Assembly: GCA_964621525.1 (NCBI GenBank) | Contig: CAZUMS010000007.1 | Coordinates: forward strand, 2,015 to 66,014 | DNA: 64,000 nucleotides | Reading direction: 5' to 3' | From: an uncultured bacterium | GTDB lineage: Bacteria; JAGRBM01; JAHCIT01 | In this document: one piece after another, positions 9,967 through 20,210 of the stretch | How the letters are laid out: the number at the start of each line of letters is the position of its first letter | Numbering within the stretch: the stretch's first letter is position 1 | Position numbers and translations under genes: made by a program | The notes under the pieces: generated by a model | Database searches by the model: none | What the model saw: only the letters and a program-made list of their open reading frames with translations | What the model was told of the DNA's origin: nothing

Positions 9967-10932
9967 TCAGCGAGCCACGCCCGGCTCGCCAATCACCTGT
10001 ATTTCCATTTCCAGTTCCATGCCGGATTTCTCCGCTACCATGCGACGGACATGCTGAATCACCGCTTCTACGTCTCTCGCCATCGCCCCCGGCGACCCGA
10101 CGATGAAATTCGCGTGCAACTCGCTCACACGGGCTCCGCCCACGGCGTAACCCTTGAGTCCCGCGGCCTCGATGAGCCGCCCCGCATGGTCTCCCGGAGG
10201 GTTCTTGAAGATAGATCCCGCGTTGGGTTCCGAGAGCGGCTGGGTCGCCGTCCGGTGGGACGAAAACGAACGGAGCCGGTCCTTCGCTTCCGCCACATCG
10301 CCCGAGGGCACGGCCAGTTCCGCCCATGCGACGGCATCTCCGGCCGCAAGACCGCTCCGCCGGTAGGCAAGACGGAGCGCTTCCAGCGGGCGCGTCTCGA
10401 TATCGCCTCCGCCGGTCACAATGCAGGCCCTGGTCAGGAACTCCCGGATTTCCCCTCCGTGCGCACCGGCATTCATCCGCACTGCGCCCCCGACAGTGCC
10501 CGGAATCAGCCCCAGGAACTCGAGCCCAACGAGTCCCCGGCCGTGGCAGAACTTCACAATCTGTGCATTTAGCGCACCACCCCCCGCCCGTACAAGGGTC
10601 CGCCCGTCGTTCGTACCGATTTCCTCGATCCGTTCGAACCCGCCGCCAAGCACCACGATCACACCGGGGAAACCCCCATCCCTTACAAGAAGATTCGTCC
10701 CGCGACCCAGCAGGAACCGCTCTACGCCTTCCTGGGCACAAAGCCTCACCAGCGCCGCGAGTTCCTCCGCTGTGTGAACCTCGGCGAACAGCGCCGCCGG
10801 GCCACCCAGACGGAAGGCCGTATGGCGGGCAAGTGGTTCGTCCCGGCGCAGACGGGCACCGAGCAGCGCCTGGAGTTCTTCTCCCACGCGCTCCACGCCG
10901 CCCGATATTCTCTGTGCCGCCGCCATGATCAC
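9967..10932 (-). CDS. murB: UDP-N-acetylenolpyruvoylglucosamine reductase
   Basis: FAD-binding PCMH domain (FRLGGPAALF...), MurB C-terminal domain; ATGA overlap with murC. Confidence 0.9.
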   Translation of the reverse strand: MIMAAAQRISGGVERVGEELQALLGARLRRDEPLARHTAFRLGGPAALFAEVHTAEELAALVRLCAQEGVERFLLGRGTNLLVRDGGFPGVIVVLGGGFERIEEIGTNDGRTLVRAGGGALNAQIVKFCHGRGLVGLEFLGLIPGTVGGAVRMNAGAHGGEIREFLTRACIVTGGGDIETRPLEALRLAYRRSGLAAGDAVAWAELAVPSGDVAEAKDRLRSFSSHRTATQPLSEPNAGSIFKNPPGDHAGRLIEAAGLKGYAVGGARVSELHANFIVGSPGAMARDVEAVIQHVRRMVAEKSGMELEMEIQVIGEPGVAR

Positions 10933-12326
10933 CCTGCGGAACCTCCCGCTGCCCGGCGCTCCAGGGCTGCGAGGACTTCCTCGCCCACCTGATAGACATT
11001 GCCCGCGCCGAGCGTGATGAACAGGTCGCCGTCCAGCAGCTCGGAGGGGAGAGCTGCAGCGGCTTCCTTCACGGAGCCTGCCGCCTGAACCTTACGGACG
11101 CCCCGGGCCTGAAGCCCTTTCACGAGCGCCTCGGCCGAGATCCCCGCGATGGGCGCCTCCCCGGCCGGATAGATGTCGCAGATCCAAAGCGCATCGGCGT
11201 CGTTAAAGCAGGTCATGAATTCGTCGAACAGCGACTGGGTTCGCGAAAACCTGTGCGGCTGGAAGCAGACGACGATCCGCCGTCCGGGACAGGCGCGCCG
11301 GGCGGTTTCGAGGGTCGCCCGGATCTCCGCCGGATGATGGCCATAGTCGTCCACCACGAGGATGCCGCCCGCCTCGCCACGTATCTCGAACCGGCGGTGG
11401 ACGCCCGTGAACCGCTCAAGTCCGGCAAGGATCTTCGGCAGCGGAATCCCCAGTTCAAGCCCTACGGCAACAGCGGCCAGCGAGTTCTGGACGTTGTGGC
11501 GGCCGGGAACGCTCAGACGGACCTCGGCGCCCTCGCGGCCGTCGACGACGAGCCGGTAAACGCTTCCGAAGCCTTCGGTGCGGATGTCCACAGCCTGGAT
11601 ATCGGCTGCGGCGGCAAAGCCGTACGTGCGGATTCGCCGCGTTACCTGCGGAAGAATCGACTGGACCTCGGGATGGTCAATGCAGGCGACCACAAGGCCG
11701 AAGAACGGTACCTTGTTGGCAAAGTCGATGAATGCCTGCCTGTAGTTGGCGAAACTGCCCCAGTAGTCGAGATGTTCGGCGTCGATATTTGTGATGACGT
11801 TGATGGAGCTGGCCAACCGGAGGAACGTGCCGTCGGACTCGTCCGCCTCGGCGACGAAGAATTCGCCTGCACCGGGCCGGGCATGCGAGCCGAATACCCG
11901 GAGCCGGCCGCCGACAATCACCGTCGGATCCAGGGCGCCCGTCTCCAGCACGAGGCCCACCATGGAGGTCGTCGTGGTCTTGCCGTGGGTGCCCGCAATG
12001 GCGACGCCGTATTTCATCCGCATCAGCTCGGCGAGCATCTCGGCGCGTGGGATCACCATAATGCCGCGTTCCCGGGCGGCGGCAGCCTCGGGGTTCGAGA
12101 CTGGAATCGCCGTCGAAAGGACAACCACGTCCGCACCCTCGATGTTCTCCGCCCGGTGGCCCTCGAAGACCTTCGCCCCAAGCGCCTCGAGCCGGCGGGT
12201 CGTTTCCGACGGCTTCAGGTCGGAACCCGATACCGGATACCCGCGGTTCAGAAGAATCTCCGCAATTCCGCTCATGCCGGAACCGCCGATGCCCACGAGG
12301 TGGATTTTTTTCAGTCTGCCGTACAT
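10929..12326 (-). CDS. murC: UDP-N-acetylmuramate--L-alanine ligase
   Basis: IHLVGIGGSGMSGIAEIL and AGTHGKTTTT Mur ligase motifs. Confidence 0.9.
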   Translation of the reverse strand: MYGRLKKIHLVGIGGSGMSGIAEILLNRGYPVSGSDLKPSETTRRLEALGAKVFEGHRAENIEGADVVVLSTAIPVSNPEAAAARERGIMVIPRAEMLAELMRMKYGVAIAGTHGKTTTTSMVGLVLETGALDPTVIVGGRLRVFGSHARPGAGEFFVAEADESDGTFLRLASSINVITNIDAEHLDYWGSFANYRQAFIDFANKVPFFGLVVACIDHPEVQSILPQVTRRIRTYGFAAAADIQAVDIRTEGFGSVYRLVVDGREGAEVRLSVPGRHNVQNSLAAVAVGLELGIPLPKILAGLERFTGVHRRFEIRGEAGGILVVDDYGHHPAEIRATLETARRACPGRRIVVCFQPHRFSRTQSLFDEFMTCFNDADALWICDIYPAGEAPIAGISAEALVKGLQARGVRKVQAAGSVKEAAAALPSELLDGDLFITLGAGNVYQVGEEVLAALERRAAGGSAG

Positions 12327-12448
12327 TGCACTCTACTCCTCACCGGCGCGGCCTCCCCTCACCTTCCGGTGCGGCCATCGCCAACCCTTTTGCCTGACAT
12401 CCCGCCTGCCGTGCCCGCTCCCCGGGGCCCCGGCCGGCGGCCATTTAC

Positions 12449-13561
12449 CTATGCCGCCTTCCGGCCCTCCGTATGCGGCTGCCCGCCGTTTCTCCCCAGA
12501 TCCGACAGGCAGATATCCACGATTTCCTTTGCCGCGTCCGGATGTCCGAACCGGCGCATCGCCTCGCTCATTACCAAAAGCCGCTGGCGGTCCCCGAGCA
12601 GCGAAACTATTTCCTTCGACAGCTTTTCCTCCGTCGCTTCGCCCTGCGGAACAAGCAGGGCGCCGCCGCCGGCCACGCAGTCCCTGGCATTCATCGTCTG
12701 GTGATCGTCGGTCGCGAACGGGAACGGAATGAACAGCGCGGGACGCCCAAAGGCGGCGATCTCCGCCACCGTGGAGGCGCCCGAGCGGCTCACCACCAGC
12801 GTGGCGCTTTCGATCAGCGATGCCATGTCGTCCACAAACTCCACTGCCTTCGCGCCGGCGGGTTCACCCGCATACAGCTTTTCCGTTGCGGCGAGGTTCC
12901 CCCGGCCGCACTGATGCACCCAGCCGGTGAGCCCTGCCGGAAGGCGCTTCCAGACCGGAGGCATCCGCTCGTTCAGGAATTTCGCTCCCTGCGAACCGCC
13001 GAGCACGACGACGGAGTTCTGCTCCGGCAGGGCTTTCGACGAGGATGCACGGCGGCGGATATCCGACCGGATGGGATTGCCCGTAATTACTGCCTTTCGG
13101 ACCGGGAACTGCGCGCGTGCCCCTTCGAACCCGAGGAATACCCGGCGGACGATCCGGCCGAGAATCCGGTTCGTGAATCCTGCCCGGGAGTTCTGCTCCT
13201 GCACGGCAGTGAATCTGCCCAGAAGTCTCGCCGCCAGCACGACTGGCCCCGATGCATAGCCGCCGACCCCGAGTACGATGTCCGGCTGGAACCGGCGGAC
13301 GATCTGGAGCGAGCCCGCGAACGCCAGCGGCAGCTTCATGAGGTTTTTCAGCTTGGACACGAAACCGAGACCTTTAAGCCCCGCCACTTCGATAAACTCA
13401 TGCGGGAGTTTCCGTTCCGGCAGCACTCTCGCTTCGATGCCGTTCCGTGTGCCCACGAACAGAACCTCGTTCTCCGGACTGCGGGCGAGGAACTCCTCCG
13501 CCACCGCAATTCCGGGGAACAGGTGCCCGCCGGTGCCGCCGCCTGCCACAAGCAGTTTCAT
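12449..13561 (-). CDS. murG: Undecaprenyldiphospho-muramoylpentapeptide beta-N-acetylglucosaminyltransferase
   Basis: MKLLVAGGGTGGHLFPGIAVAEE N-terminus, GT28 fold; ATGA overlap with ftsW. Confidence 0.9.
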   Translation of the reverse strand: MKLLVAGGGTGGHLFPGIAVAEEFLARSPENEVLFVGTRNGIEARVLPERKLPHEFIEVAGLKGLGFVSKLKNLMKLPLAFAGSLQIVRRFQPDIVLGVGGYASGPVVLAARLLGRFTAVQEQNSRAGFTNRILGRIVRRVFLGFEGARAQFPVRKAVITGNPIRSDIRRRASSSKALPEQNSVVVLGGSQGAKFLNERMPPVWKRLPAGLTGWVHQCGRGNLAATEKLYAGEPAGAKAVEFVDDMASLIESATLVVSRSGASTVAEIAAFGRPALFIPFPFATDDHQTMNARDCVAGGGALLVPQGEATEEKLSKEIVSLLGDRQRLLVMSEAMRRFGHPDAAKEIVDICLSDLGRNGGQPHTEGRKAA

Positions 13562-14700
13562 GCGGAGGTCCTCCGGGCGACGGCCAGCAGCATGCCGATC
13601 AGCCAGAAATGGACGATCAGGCTCGATGCGCCGACCGAGAAAAACGGCAACGGGAGCCCCTTGGTGGGGGCAAGGCCCATGACCACTGCAAGGTTAAAGA
13701 ACGCCTCGGCGGCGATGAGGATCGAAACCCCCGCCGCGATCAGCATTTCGAACCGGTTGTCCGCCCGGTTCGCCACCCGGATCCCCGACAGGATCAGCCA
13801 CAGGAACAGGACGACCACGAGAATGACGCCGATAAATCCGGCTTCTTCTGCCAGCACGCTGAAGATAAAATCCGTGTGTGCCTCCGGCAGGAAATGCAGC
13901 TTCTGACGGGAATCACCGAGGCCGACCCCCGTGACTCCACCCTTGGCGAAGGCGATAAGCGATTGCACGAGCTGGAAACCCGAATCCTTCGAATTTTCCC
14001 AGGGCCGCAGGAATGCCGTTACGCGCTGCATGCGCCATGGGGTGAAAACGATCATCGCAGCCACCCCGGCCATACCCGCAAGACCGAGCGAAGCGAGGTG
14101 CAGCAGACGGGCGCCAGCCACAAAGAGCATCCCGAAAACCACAAGACCGACCACAACCGTGGTGCCAAGATCCGGCTGAATCAGAATTAGCGCCAGCGCC
14201 GGTGCCGGGACGAGCAGAGCAGGCAGGAAACCTCCCGTCCATGACTCGAGGCGCTCGTCCTGCGCCATGGACGAGAGACCCCGGGCCATGACGAGAATGA
14301 CAGCGAGTTTGGCGAACTCGGAAGGCTGAAACGACAGCCCGGCGATCCGGAACCAGCGGCGGGCACCGTTCGCTTCGGTGCCGATTCCCGGAATCAGCAC
14401 GGCGATCAGCATCAGAATGGCCAGCGCATAAAAAGGCGTGCCGAATTTCGCCCATTTGGAGGGATCGGTCTTCAGGGTAATGAAAGCCAGCACCATGCCG
14501 ATACCGGCACCGATTCCCTGACGGATCAGATAATGGAACTCGTCACCGTAGAGTTCCTTCGCCCGGAGGCCGCTGGCGCTGAACACCATCACGAGCCCGA
14601 TCACGAGCAGGAACCCCACGGGCAGCACGATGCCGGCCGCTGACGGATGCGTTTTGGCTTCCATCGACCGGCGGACGAGGCGGCGGGCGGCTTCTTTCAC
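13558..14700 (-). CDS. ftsW: Peptidoglycan glycosyltransferase/lipid II flippase FtsW (SEDS family)
   Basis: Ten-TM SEDS pattern, conserved position between murD and murG. Confidence 0.9.
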   Translation of the reverse strand: MKEAARRLVRRSMEAKTHPSAAGIVLPVGFLLVIGLVMVFSASGLRAKELYGDEFHYLIRQGIGAGIGMVLAFITLKTDPSKWAKFGTPFYALAILMLIAVLIPGIGTEANGARRWFRIAGLSFQPSEFAKLAVILVMARGLSSMAQDERLESWTGGFLPALLVPAPALALILIQPDLGTTVVVGLVVFGMLFVAGARLLHLASLGLAGMAGVAAMIVFTPWRMQRVTAFLRPWENSKDSGFQLVQSLIAFAKGGVTGVGLGDSRQKLHFLPEAHTDFIFSVLAEEAGFIGVILVVVLFLWLILSGIRVANRADNRFEMLIAAGVSILIAAEAFFNLAVVMGLAPTKGLPLPFFSVGASSLIVHFWLIGMLLAVARRTSA

Positions 14701-16043
14701 AGCCTGGCCACCTCCTGCTCGAACACTTCACCCCGGTGGGCATAGTTCCTGAACTGGTCGAAGCTGGAGCAGGCCGGTGCCAGCAGCACAGTGTCGCCCG
14801 AAACCGCAGCCTTCCGGGCAAGTTTCACGGCGTCCGGAAGAAATTCGGCTGTCTCTACCGGAACCGGGCCGCGAAGTTCTCCGGCCAGACGGTCGCGGGA
14901 TGAACCGAACGCGATAACGTGTTTCACGTTCCGGCCAAGTTTCTCGCGGATCGGACCGTAGCTTCCACCCTTTTCGATACCGCCCACGAGCAGGACAACG
15001 CCGGAAGGGAACCCCTCGAGGGCCCGAACGACCGCACCGACGTTGGTTGCCTTGGAATCGTTGAAATAGGAGACGCCGTCCAGAACCCGGACCAGCTCGC
15101 ACCGGTGACGCAGGCCCCTGAACTCGCGGACCGTTTTTTCGATCGCCTCCCAGGACGCGCCCATGAGCCGAGCACCCAGGATCGAGGCGGCGAGATTCTC
15201 CCGGTTATGGAGTCCCTTGAGCGGCGACACCGCGAGATCGATGCTCCGGCTTTCGCCGTTCAGCCGGATTTCAGCCAAAGCGCCCTTTACCGAAACCCCT
15301 TCGCCCGGAAGCACGGCACCGTTGGCGGAGAACCAGACCTTCCGGCAGGAGAGCCCACCGGCCCGGTTCACGATGGCGGGGTCATCCGCCGAGAGTACCG
15401 CCCAGTCACCGGGACCCATGGCACGAAATACCCGGAACTTGGCCGCCGCATAGGCATCGAACGACGGGTAACGGTCCAGGTGATCTTCCGTGATGTTCAG
15501 GAGGATCGATACCACGGGCCGGAACTTTTCGACCGTCTCGCACTGGTAGGACGACACCTCGAACACGATCGAATCGAAAGGACGTCCGGCTGCTTCGAAT
15601 ACCGGGGTTCCAAGGTTCCCGCCCACGAACAAGGTCCAACCTGAAGCCTTGAGGAACTCGCCTACGAGCGTCGTCGTCGTGGACTTTCCGTTGGTTCCCC
15701 CGATCACGATGACTGGGCCCTGGAGATCGGGCCAGACCGTTTCGAGATCGCCGGTGAGGCGGATACCCCGGGCAGCAGCCTCGGCGAGCGGCGGACTTGC
15801 CAGAGGTACACCGGGACTCACCATCACGAAAGCCACCCCGGCGAAGAACGCCTCAGGATGGCCGCCAAGGAAGGTCTCGGCTTTCAGGGAATCCACAACG
15901 GCCTTCGTCTCGGCATCCAGCTCCGTACGGGTGTCGGAGACGCGGAGCCGCGCCCCGCCGGCCGCAAGGTAGCGGCAGGCCGAGAGGCCGGTCTTGCCCA
16001 GCCCCACAACCCCTACCGTCTGTCCTTCGTACCGGCCGCTCAC
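14697..16043 (-). CDS. murD: UDP-N-acetylmuramoylalanine--D-glutamate ligase
   Basis: VGVVGLGKTGLS N-terminus, GTNGKSTTT P-loop. Confidence 0.9.
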   Translation of the reverse strand: MSGRYEGQTVGVVGLGKTGLSACRYLAAGGARLRVSDTRTELDAETKAVVDSLKAETFLGGHPEAFFAGVAFVMVSPGVPLASPPLAEAAARGIRLTGDLETVWPDLQGPVIVIGGTNGKSTTTTLVGEFLKASGWTLFVGGNLGTPVFEAAGRPFDSIVFEVSSYQCETVEKFRPVVSILLNITEDHLDRYPSFDAYAAAKFRVFRAMGPGDWAVLSADDPAIVNRAGGLSCRKVWFSANGAVLPGEGVSVKGALAEIRLNGESRSIDLAVSPLKGLHNRENLAASILGARLMGASWEAIEKTVREFRGLRHRCELVRVLDGVSYFNDSKATNVGAVVRALEGFPSGVVLLVGGIEKGGSYGPIREKLGRNVKHVIAFGSSRDRLAGELRGPVPVETAEFLPDAVKLARKAAVSGDTVLLAPACSSFDQFRNYAHRGEVFEQEVARL

Positions 16044-16047
16044 GTCA

Positions 16048-17124
16048 CTACCTCAGTTTCAGGGTCGAGAAACTCACCAGCGCGAGAATTATGGAGATGA
16101 TCCAGAACCGGACCGTAACCCGGGTCTCCGGCCAGCCCACCTCCTCGAAATGGTGATGAAGCGGCGCCATGCGAAAGATCCGCTTGCCGCCGCTCAGCTT
16201 GAAATAACCCACCTGCAGCATCACCGAGACCGTCTCGATGACGAACACACCGCCCACGATGACGAGCAGGAATTCGTGCTTGGCCAGCACGGCGATCGTG
16301 CCGAGCAACGCACCGAGGGCGAGCGCGCCCACGTCGCCCATGAAGACCAGTGCGGGATGGCAGTTAAACCAGAGAAACGCGAGGCCCGCACCTGCTGCGG
16401 CCGACCCCACGACGCTGAGCTCTCCGGCTCCGGGGATAAAAGGGAGCTGCAGATAATCGGCGATCTTCTGGTTGCCGGTCAGATACGCCAGAACCGCATA
16501 GGTACCGCAGCAGATAATCGCAGGCCCGATGGCAAGCCCGTCGAGTCCGTCTGTAAGATTCACGGCATTGGCCGCACCCACGATCACAACCATCGCGACG
16601 GCGATGTAGAAAATCCCGATATCGGGGCGCAGTTCCTTCATAAAGGGGAAGGACAGCTCCGTCGAAATGCCATTGTTCCAGACCCAGAAACCCACCGCTC
16701 CGGCGATGGCGAATTCACCTGCCAGACGGATCTTCCCCGGAAGCCCCTTGGTGTTCTTCTTCGTGATCTTGAGCCAGTCGTCGTAGAAGCCGATAAAACC
16801 GAAGCCGGTGGTCGTGAAGATCACGAGCCAGATCTTTTCCGAATCGAGCCGGGCCCACAGGAGCACGGAAATGAAGATCGCGCCGAGCACGAGGATTCCG
16901 CCCATGGTCGGTGTCCCCTGCTTGGTGAGATGCGTCTGCGGGCCATCTGTTCGGACCTGCTGGCCATATTTGAGCGCCCGGAGCCGCTCGATCACCTTCG
17001 GCCCCGCGAGCACGCCGATCAGGAAGGCCGTCACGGCGGCACCCAGTGACCGGAACGTGATGTACCGGAACACGTTGAACGCGAAAAACTCGTCCGCGAG
17101 CGGATACAGGAGCCAGTACAGCAT
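16048..17124 (-). CDS. mraY: Phospho-N-acetylmuramoyl-pentapeptide transferase
   Basis: MraY polytopic membrane protein with conserved DD and NAVNLTDGLDGLA motifs. Confidence 0.95.
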   Translation of the reverse strand: MLYWLLYPLADEFFAFNVFRYITFRSLGAAVTAFLIGVLAGPKVIERLRALKYGQQVRTDGPQTHLTKQGTPTMGGILVLGAIFISVLLWARLDSEKIWLVIFTTTGFGFIGFYDDWLKITKKNTKGLPGKIRLAGEFAIAGAVGFWVWNNGISTELSFPFMKELRPDIGIFYIAVAMVVIVGAANAVNLTDGLDGLAIGPAIICCGTYAVLAYLTGNQKIADYLQLPFIPGAGELSVVGSAAAGAGLAFLWFNCHPALVFMGDVGALALGALLGTIAVLAKHEFLLVIVGGVFVIETVSVMLQVGYFKLSGGKRIFRMAPLHHHFEEVGWPETRVTVRFWIISIILALVSFSTLKLR

Positions 17125-18554
17125 CAGTGCGCGCCTCCCATGCCGGGGCCGCCCAGCCGTTCAAGAAGGGGATCGGCGACCTTTTCCATGGCCGAAGTCC
17201 TCGAACCCTTAATCACGATCCGCTCGCCGCCCTTGAGTCCCGCGACAAGCGCCTCAAGCAACGAAACGTGGCTCTCAAACGCCTCCGCAAGTTTCACACC
17301 CGCCTCGCGGGCACCGCTTGCGATCAGTTTCCCGCCAGCGCCCCAGGCATAGATTGCGGACATCCCGAAACGGCCTGCCGCCCTTCCGACCTCGCGATGC
17401 AGGCTGTCGGAGTCCGCACCCAGCTCCCCCATCTGGCCGAGCACGGCGATCTTGGGTCCGTTGCCGCTCAGGGTATCGAGCGAAGCCATCGCCACTTCCA
17501 TCGATGCGGGATTCGCGTTGTAGCAGTCCACGAATACCTGCGTACCGCCGGGGGTGCGCACAAGGCGGCCCCTCAGCGAACCCGGTTCGGCGGCCTCAAG
17601 AGCTTCGCGGACGGCATCCGCCGGAATCCGGAGTCCCATAGCAAGTGCGGCCGCCGCCATGGCATTCATCACATTGTGGCGGCCCACGAGCGGCAACCGG
17701 ACCGGGATTTTCTCCATGCCGTAAACCAGCGTAAACCGTTGCGCACCGTCGTCCTCTGTCCGGTGATCCAGAGCGGCGACATCGGCGTCCTGACCGGATC
17801 CGTAGCGGATTTTCATGCCGCCGAAACCTTCAGCAATCTTCAGGCACCATTCATCATCGGTGTTCACCGCCAGGAAACCGTCCGGCGGCAGATGGCGGAT
17901 CACTTCGGCTTCGGCTCTGGCGACACCTTCGATGCTGCCCAGCCCCTCAAGGTGCTCAGGTCCGATGTTCGTGATGACGGCACCCTGGGGCCGTGCAAGA
18001 CCAGCCAGCCGGTCGATCTCGCCGGGGTGATTCATGCCCAGCTCGAGTACGGCGAACCGGTGATAAGGCTCGAATCGCAGGATCGTGAGCGGAACGCCGA
18101 GATCGTTATTGAACGATCCGTGGGTAAAGAGCGACGGAGCAAAGGCCCGGCAGATCGCACCGGCGAGGTTTTTCGTGGTGGTTTTTCCGTTTGAGCCGCA
18201 GACGGCCACGACGGTTCCCTCGAATTCGGCCCGGCGGGCTTCGGCGAGCTTCCAGAGCGCCAGCCTGGGATCGGCGACGACGATCGCGCCCACGCGGCCC
18301 ATCCGTTCGAGCGGTTCCAGTTCCGGCAATCCGCCGGTGCTGCCATCCAGCACGACAGCCGATGCCCCAAGACTGGCGGCCTTTGTGACAAAGGAATGGC
18401 CGTGCACTTTCTCGCCTTTCAGGGCGAAGAAGATCTCTCCCGGCACGAGCGAGCGGGTGTCGATGGACGCACCGGAACCGGCCCGGTCGGTGGCAATAAG
18501 CACTTCGCCGCCGGTCACTTTTACAAGCCGGTCAAAATCGACGAATGGGGTCAC
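17124..18554 (-). CDS. murF: UDP-N-acetylmuramoyl-tripeptide--D-alanyl-D-alanine ligase
   Basis: GSNGKTTTK P-loop, MurF N-terminal pattern (DTRSLVPGEIFFALKGEKVHGH). Start proposed at GTG 18552-18554, overlapping the murE TGA as GTGA; the ORF-track TTG at 18662 overlaps murE by 111 nt and is rejected. Confidence 0.8.
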   Translation of the reverse strand: MTPFVDFDRLVKVTGGEVLIATDRAGSGASIDTRSLVPGEIFFALKGEKVHGHSFVTKAASLGASAVVLDGSTGGLPELEPLERMGRVGAIVVADPRLALWKLAEARRAEFEGTVVAVCGSNGKTTTKNLAGAICRAFAPSLFTHGSFNNDLGVPLTILRFEPYHRFAVLELGMNHPGEIDRLAGLARPQGAVITNIGPEHLEGLGSIEGVARAEAEVIRHLPPDGFLAVNTDDEWCLKIAEGFGGMKIRYGSGQDADVAALDHRTEDDGAQRFTLVYGMEKIPVRLPLVGRHNVMNAMAAAALAMGLRIPADAVREALEAAEPGSLRGRLVRTPGGTQVFVDCYNANPASMEVAMASLDTLSGNGPKIAVLGQMGELGADSDSLHREVGRAAGRFGMSAIYAWGAGGKLIASGAREAGVKLAEAFESHVSLLEALVAGLKGGERIVIKGSRTSAMEKVADPLLERLGGPGMGGAH

Positions 18555-20119
18555 AGCCGGCCCTCCTGCTTCAGCTTCATGGCCTCGCCTGCTTCCAGCC
18601 GGTCGTCGAACGGGAACTTCTCCGTGCCGACAATCTGGTAGGTTTCGTGCCCCTTGCCGCAAATGGCGACGATGTCTCCCGGGCGGGCCATACGGATCGC
18701 CTCGCGGATCGCATCCCGGCGTTCCGGGATCCGGAGATAACCCCGGCCGCTGCCGAGTACCGGGAAACTGGCCTCGCGAAAGCCCGCCTCACAGTCATCC
18801 AGAATCCTGGCCGGGCTTTCGGTCCGGGGGTTATCGGACGTGAGAATGACCGCATCACTGAACCGGGCAGCAGCCGCGGCCATCTTCGGACGTTTCGTGG
18901 CATCACGGTCGCCGCCGCAGCCGAATACCGTAATCAGCTTCCCGGCAGTGAGCGGACGGAGCGTCGAGAGAACATTCTCCACCGCATCGGGTGTGTGCGC
19001 GTAATCCACGAACAGTTCAAAACCGCCCGGCCCGTCCACCCGCTCCAGCCGGCCCGGCGGAGGCAGAGCCAGTTCGAGTCCGCGGGCGACCGTCTCCAGA
19101 GGGAAGCCCATTCCCGCACCCGCCGCGAAGGCACCCAGCAGGTTCGACAGATTGAATGCGCCTGTCAGGCGGGACCGGAGTGTTATCGCTCCCTGCGGCG
19201 AGCGAATCACGGACGAGATGCCCCCGGCAGAGATTGTGGCGGTCTCGGGATAAACATCGGCGCCAGCCGATGCCTCCCGCGAAAACGTAAGCGTGCGGAT
19301 GCCGGCAGGAACCCGGCGGACCAGTTCCGCGCCGAGTGGATCATCCAGGTTGATGACAGCTACCTTACGTTCTTTAGACGAAGCCGGAAGCAGGGCCGTG
19401 AACAGTCTGGCCTTCGATTCGAAGTAGTGTTCGAGTGTCCGGTGGTAGTCGAGGTGATCCCGGGTCAGGTTCGTAAAGACGGCACAGTCGAGTTCGAGCC
19501 CGTCGGTACGCCGCTGATCGAGAGCATGCGACGAGATCTCGATGGCGAGCGACCGGGCTCCGGCCTTTACGGCGCGGGCAAGCCAGCTCTGGAGGGTCAC
19601 CGCGCCGGGCGTCGTCTGGGCCGCTTCTTCCACATGGCCCGGCCACCGGACTTCCACCGTGCCGATCAGGGCCGTCGGAAGATCCGCGGTACGAAAAACC
19701 GATTCAAGCAGGAAAGCGGTCGTTGTCTTGCCGTTTGTCCCCGTCACGGCCGCTGCCCTGAGCCTGCGTGACGGATGCCCGTAAATGGCGGCAGCCACAG
19801 GGCCGAGCGCCTTTCGGGTATCCTGAGTGAGCAGAACGGCTTGGGAAGGAAAGCGCCTGGCCAGATCGCGTGCGAGAACAGGATTGTCGAGCAGAACTCC
19901 CGAGGCCCCGCGCTCCAGCGCTTCGGCCGCCCACTGATGGCCGTCGTGCCTGGCGCCGCGAAGGGCGGCAAAAAGGGATCCGGCGCCGGACGAGCGGTGG
20001 TCGTCGGCGCAGGCCGTGAAGTCCACCGCCGTCCCGGAAGCGGGACGGCCGACGGCTTCGATCTCCCTGATCTCTTCGAGCAGCACTTCGAGCCTCACTT
20101 CAGTCCTCGTTGCGGCCAT
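18551..20119 (-). CDS. murE: UDP-N-acetylmuramoyl-L-alanyl-D-glutamate--2,6-diaminopimelate ligase
   Basis: TGTNGKTTTAFL P-loop and Mur ligase central/C-terminal domains. Start placed at MAATRTEV (ATG 20117-20119) matching MurE N-termini; the upstream 71-codon extension in the ORF track is rejected. Confidence 0.85.
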   Translation of the reverse strand: MAATRTEVRLEVLLEEIREIEAVGRPASGTAVDFTACADDHRSSGAGSLFAALRGARHDGHQWAAEALERGASGVLLDNPVLARDLARRFPSQAVLLTQDTRKALGPVAAAIYGHPSRRLRAAAVTGTNGKTTTAFLLESVFRTADLPTALIGTVEVRWPGHVEEAAQTTPGAVTLQSWLARAVKAGARSLAIEISSHALDQRRTDGLELDCAVFTNLTRDHLDYHRTLEHYFESKARLFTALLPASSKERKVAVINLDDPLGAELVRRVPAGIRTLTFSREASAGADVYPETATISAGGISSVIRSPQGAITLRSRLTGAFNLSNLLGAFAAGAGMGFPLETVARGLELALPPPGRLERVDGPGGFELFVDYAHTPDAVENVLSTLRPLTAGKLITVFGCGGDRDATKRPKMAAAAARFSDAVILTSDNPRTESPARILDDCEAGFREASFPVLGSGRGYLRIPERRDAIREAIRMARPGDIVAICGKGHETYQIVGTEKFPFDDRLEAGEAMKLKQEGRL

Positions 20120-20210
20120 CTTTCCGGACCGTTCCAGACTCCCCCGGAGTCCTGAAGGCCGGCTGCCGTTCCCTCCACGTCCGCTCCCCATGCGGCGCGG
20201 AGGGCTCATC

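Noticed and set aside
9956-10999. 347-aa minus-strand alternate-frame ORF across murB/murC
   Set aside because: Low-complexity Arg/Gly-rich translation. murB and murC are clearly encoded in the other frames.
11253-13906. Long plus-strand ORFs (483, 313, 477 aa) antisense to murC/murG/ftsW
   Set aside because: Antisense high-GC artefacts with Arg/Pro/Ala-rich composition.
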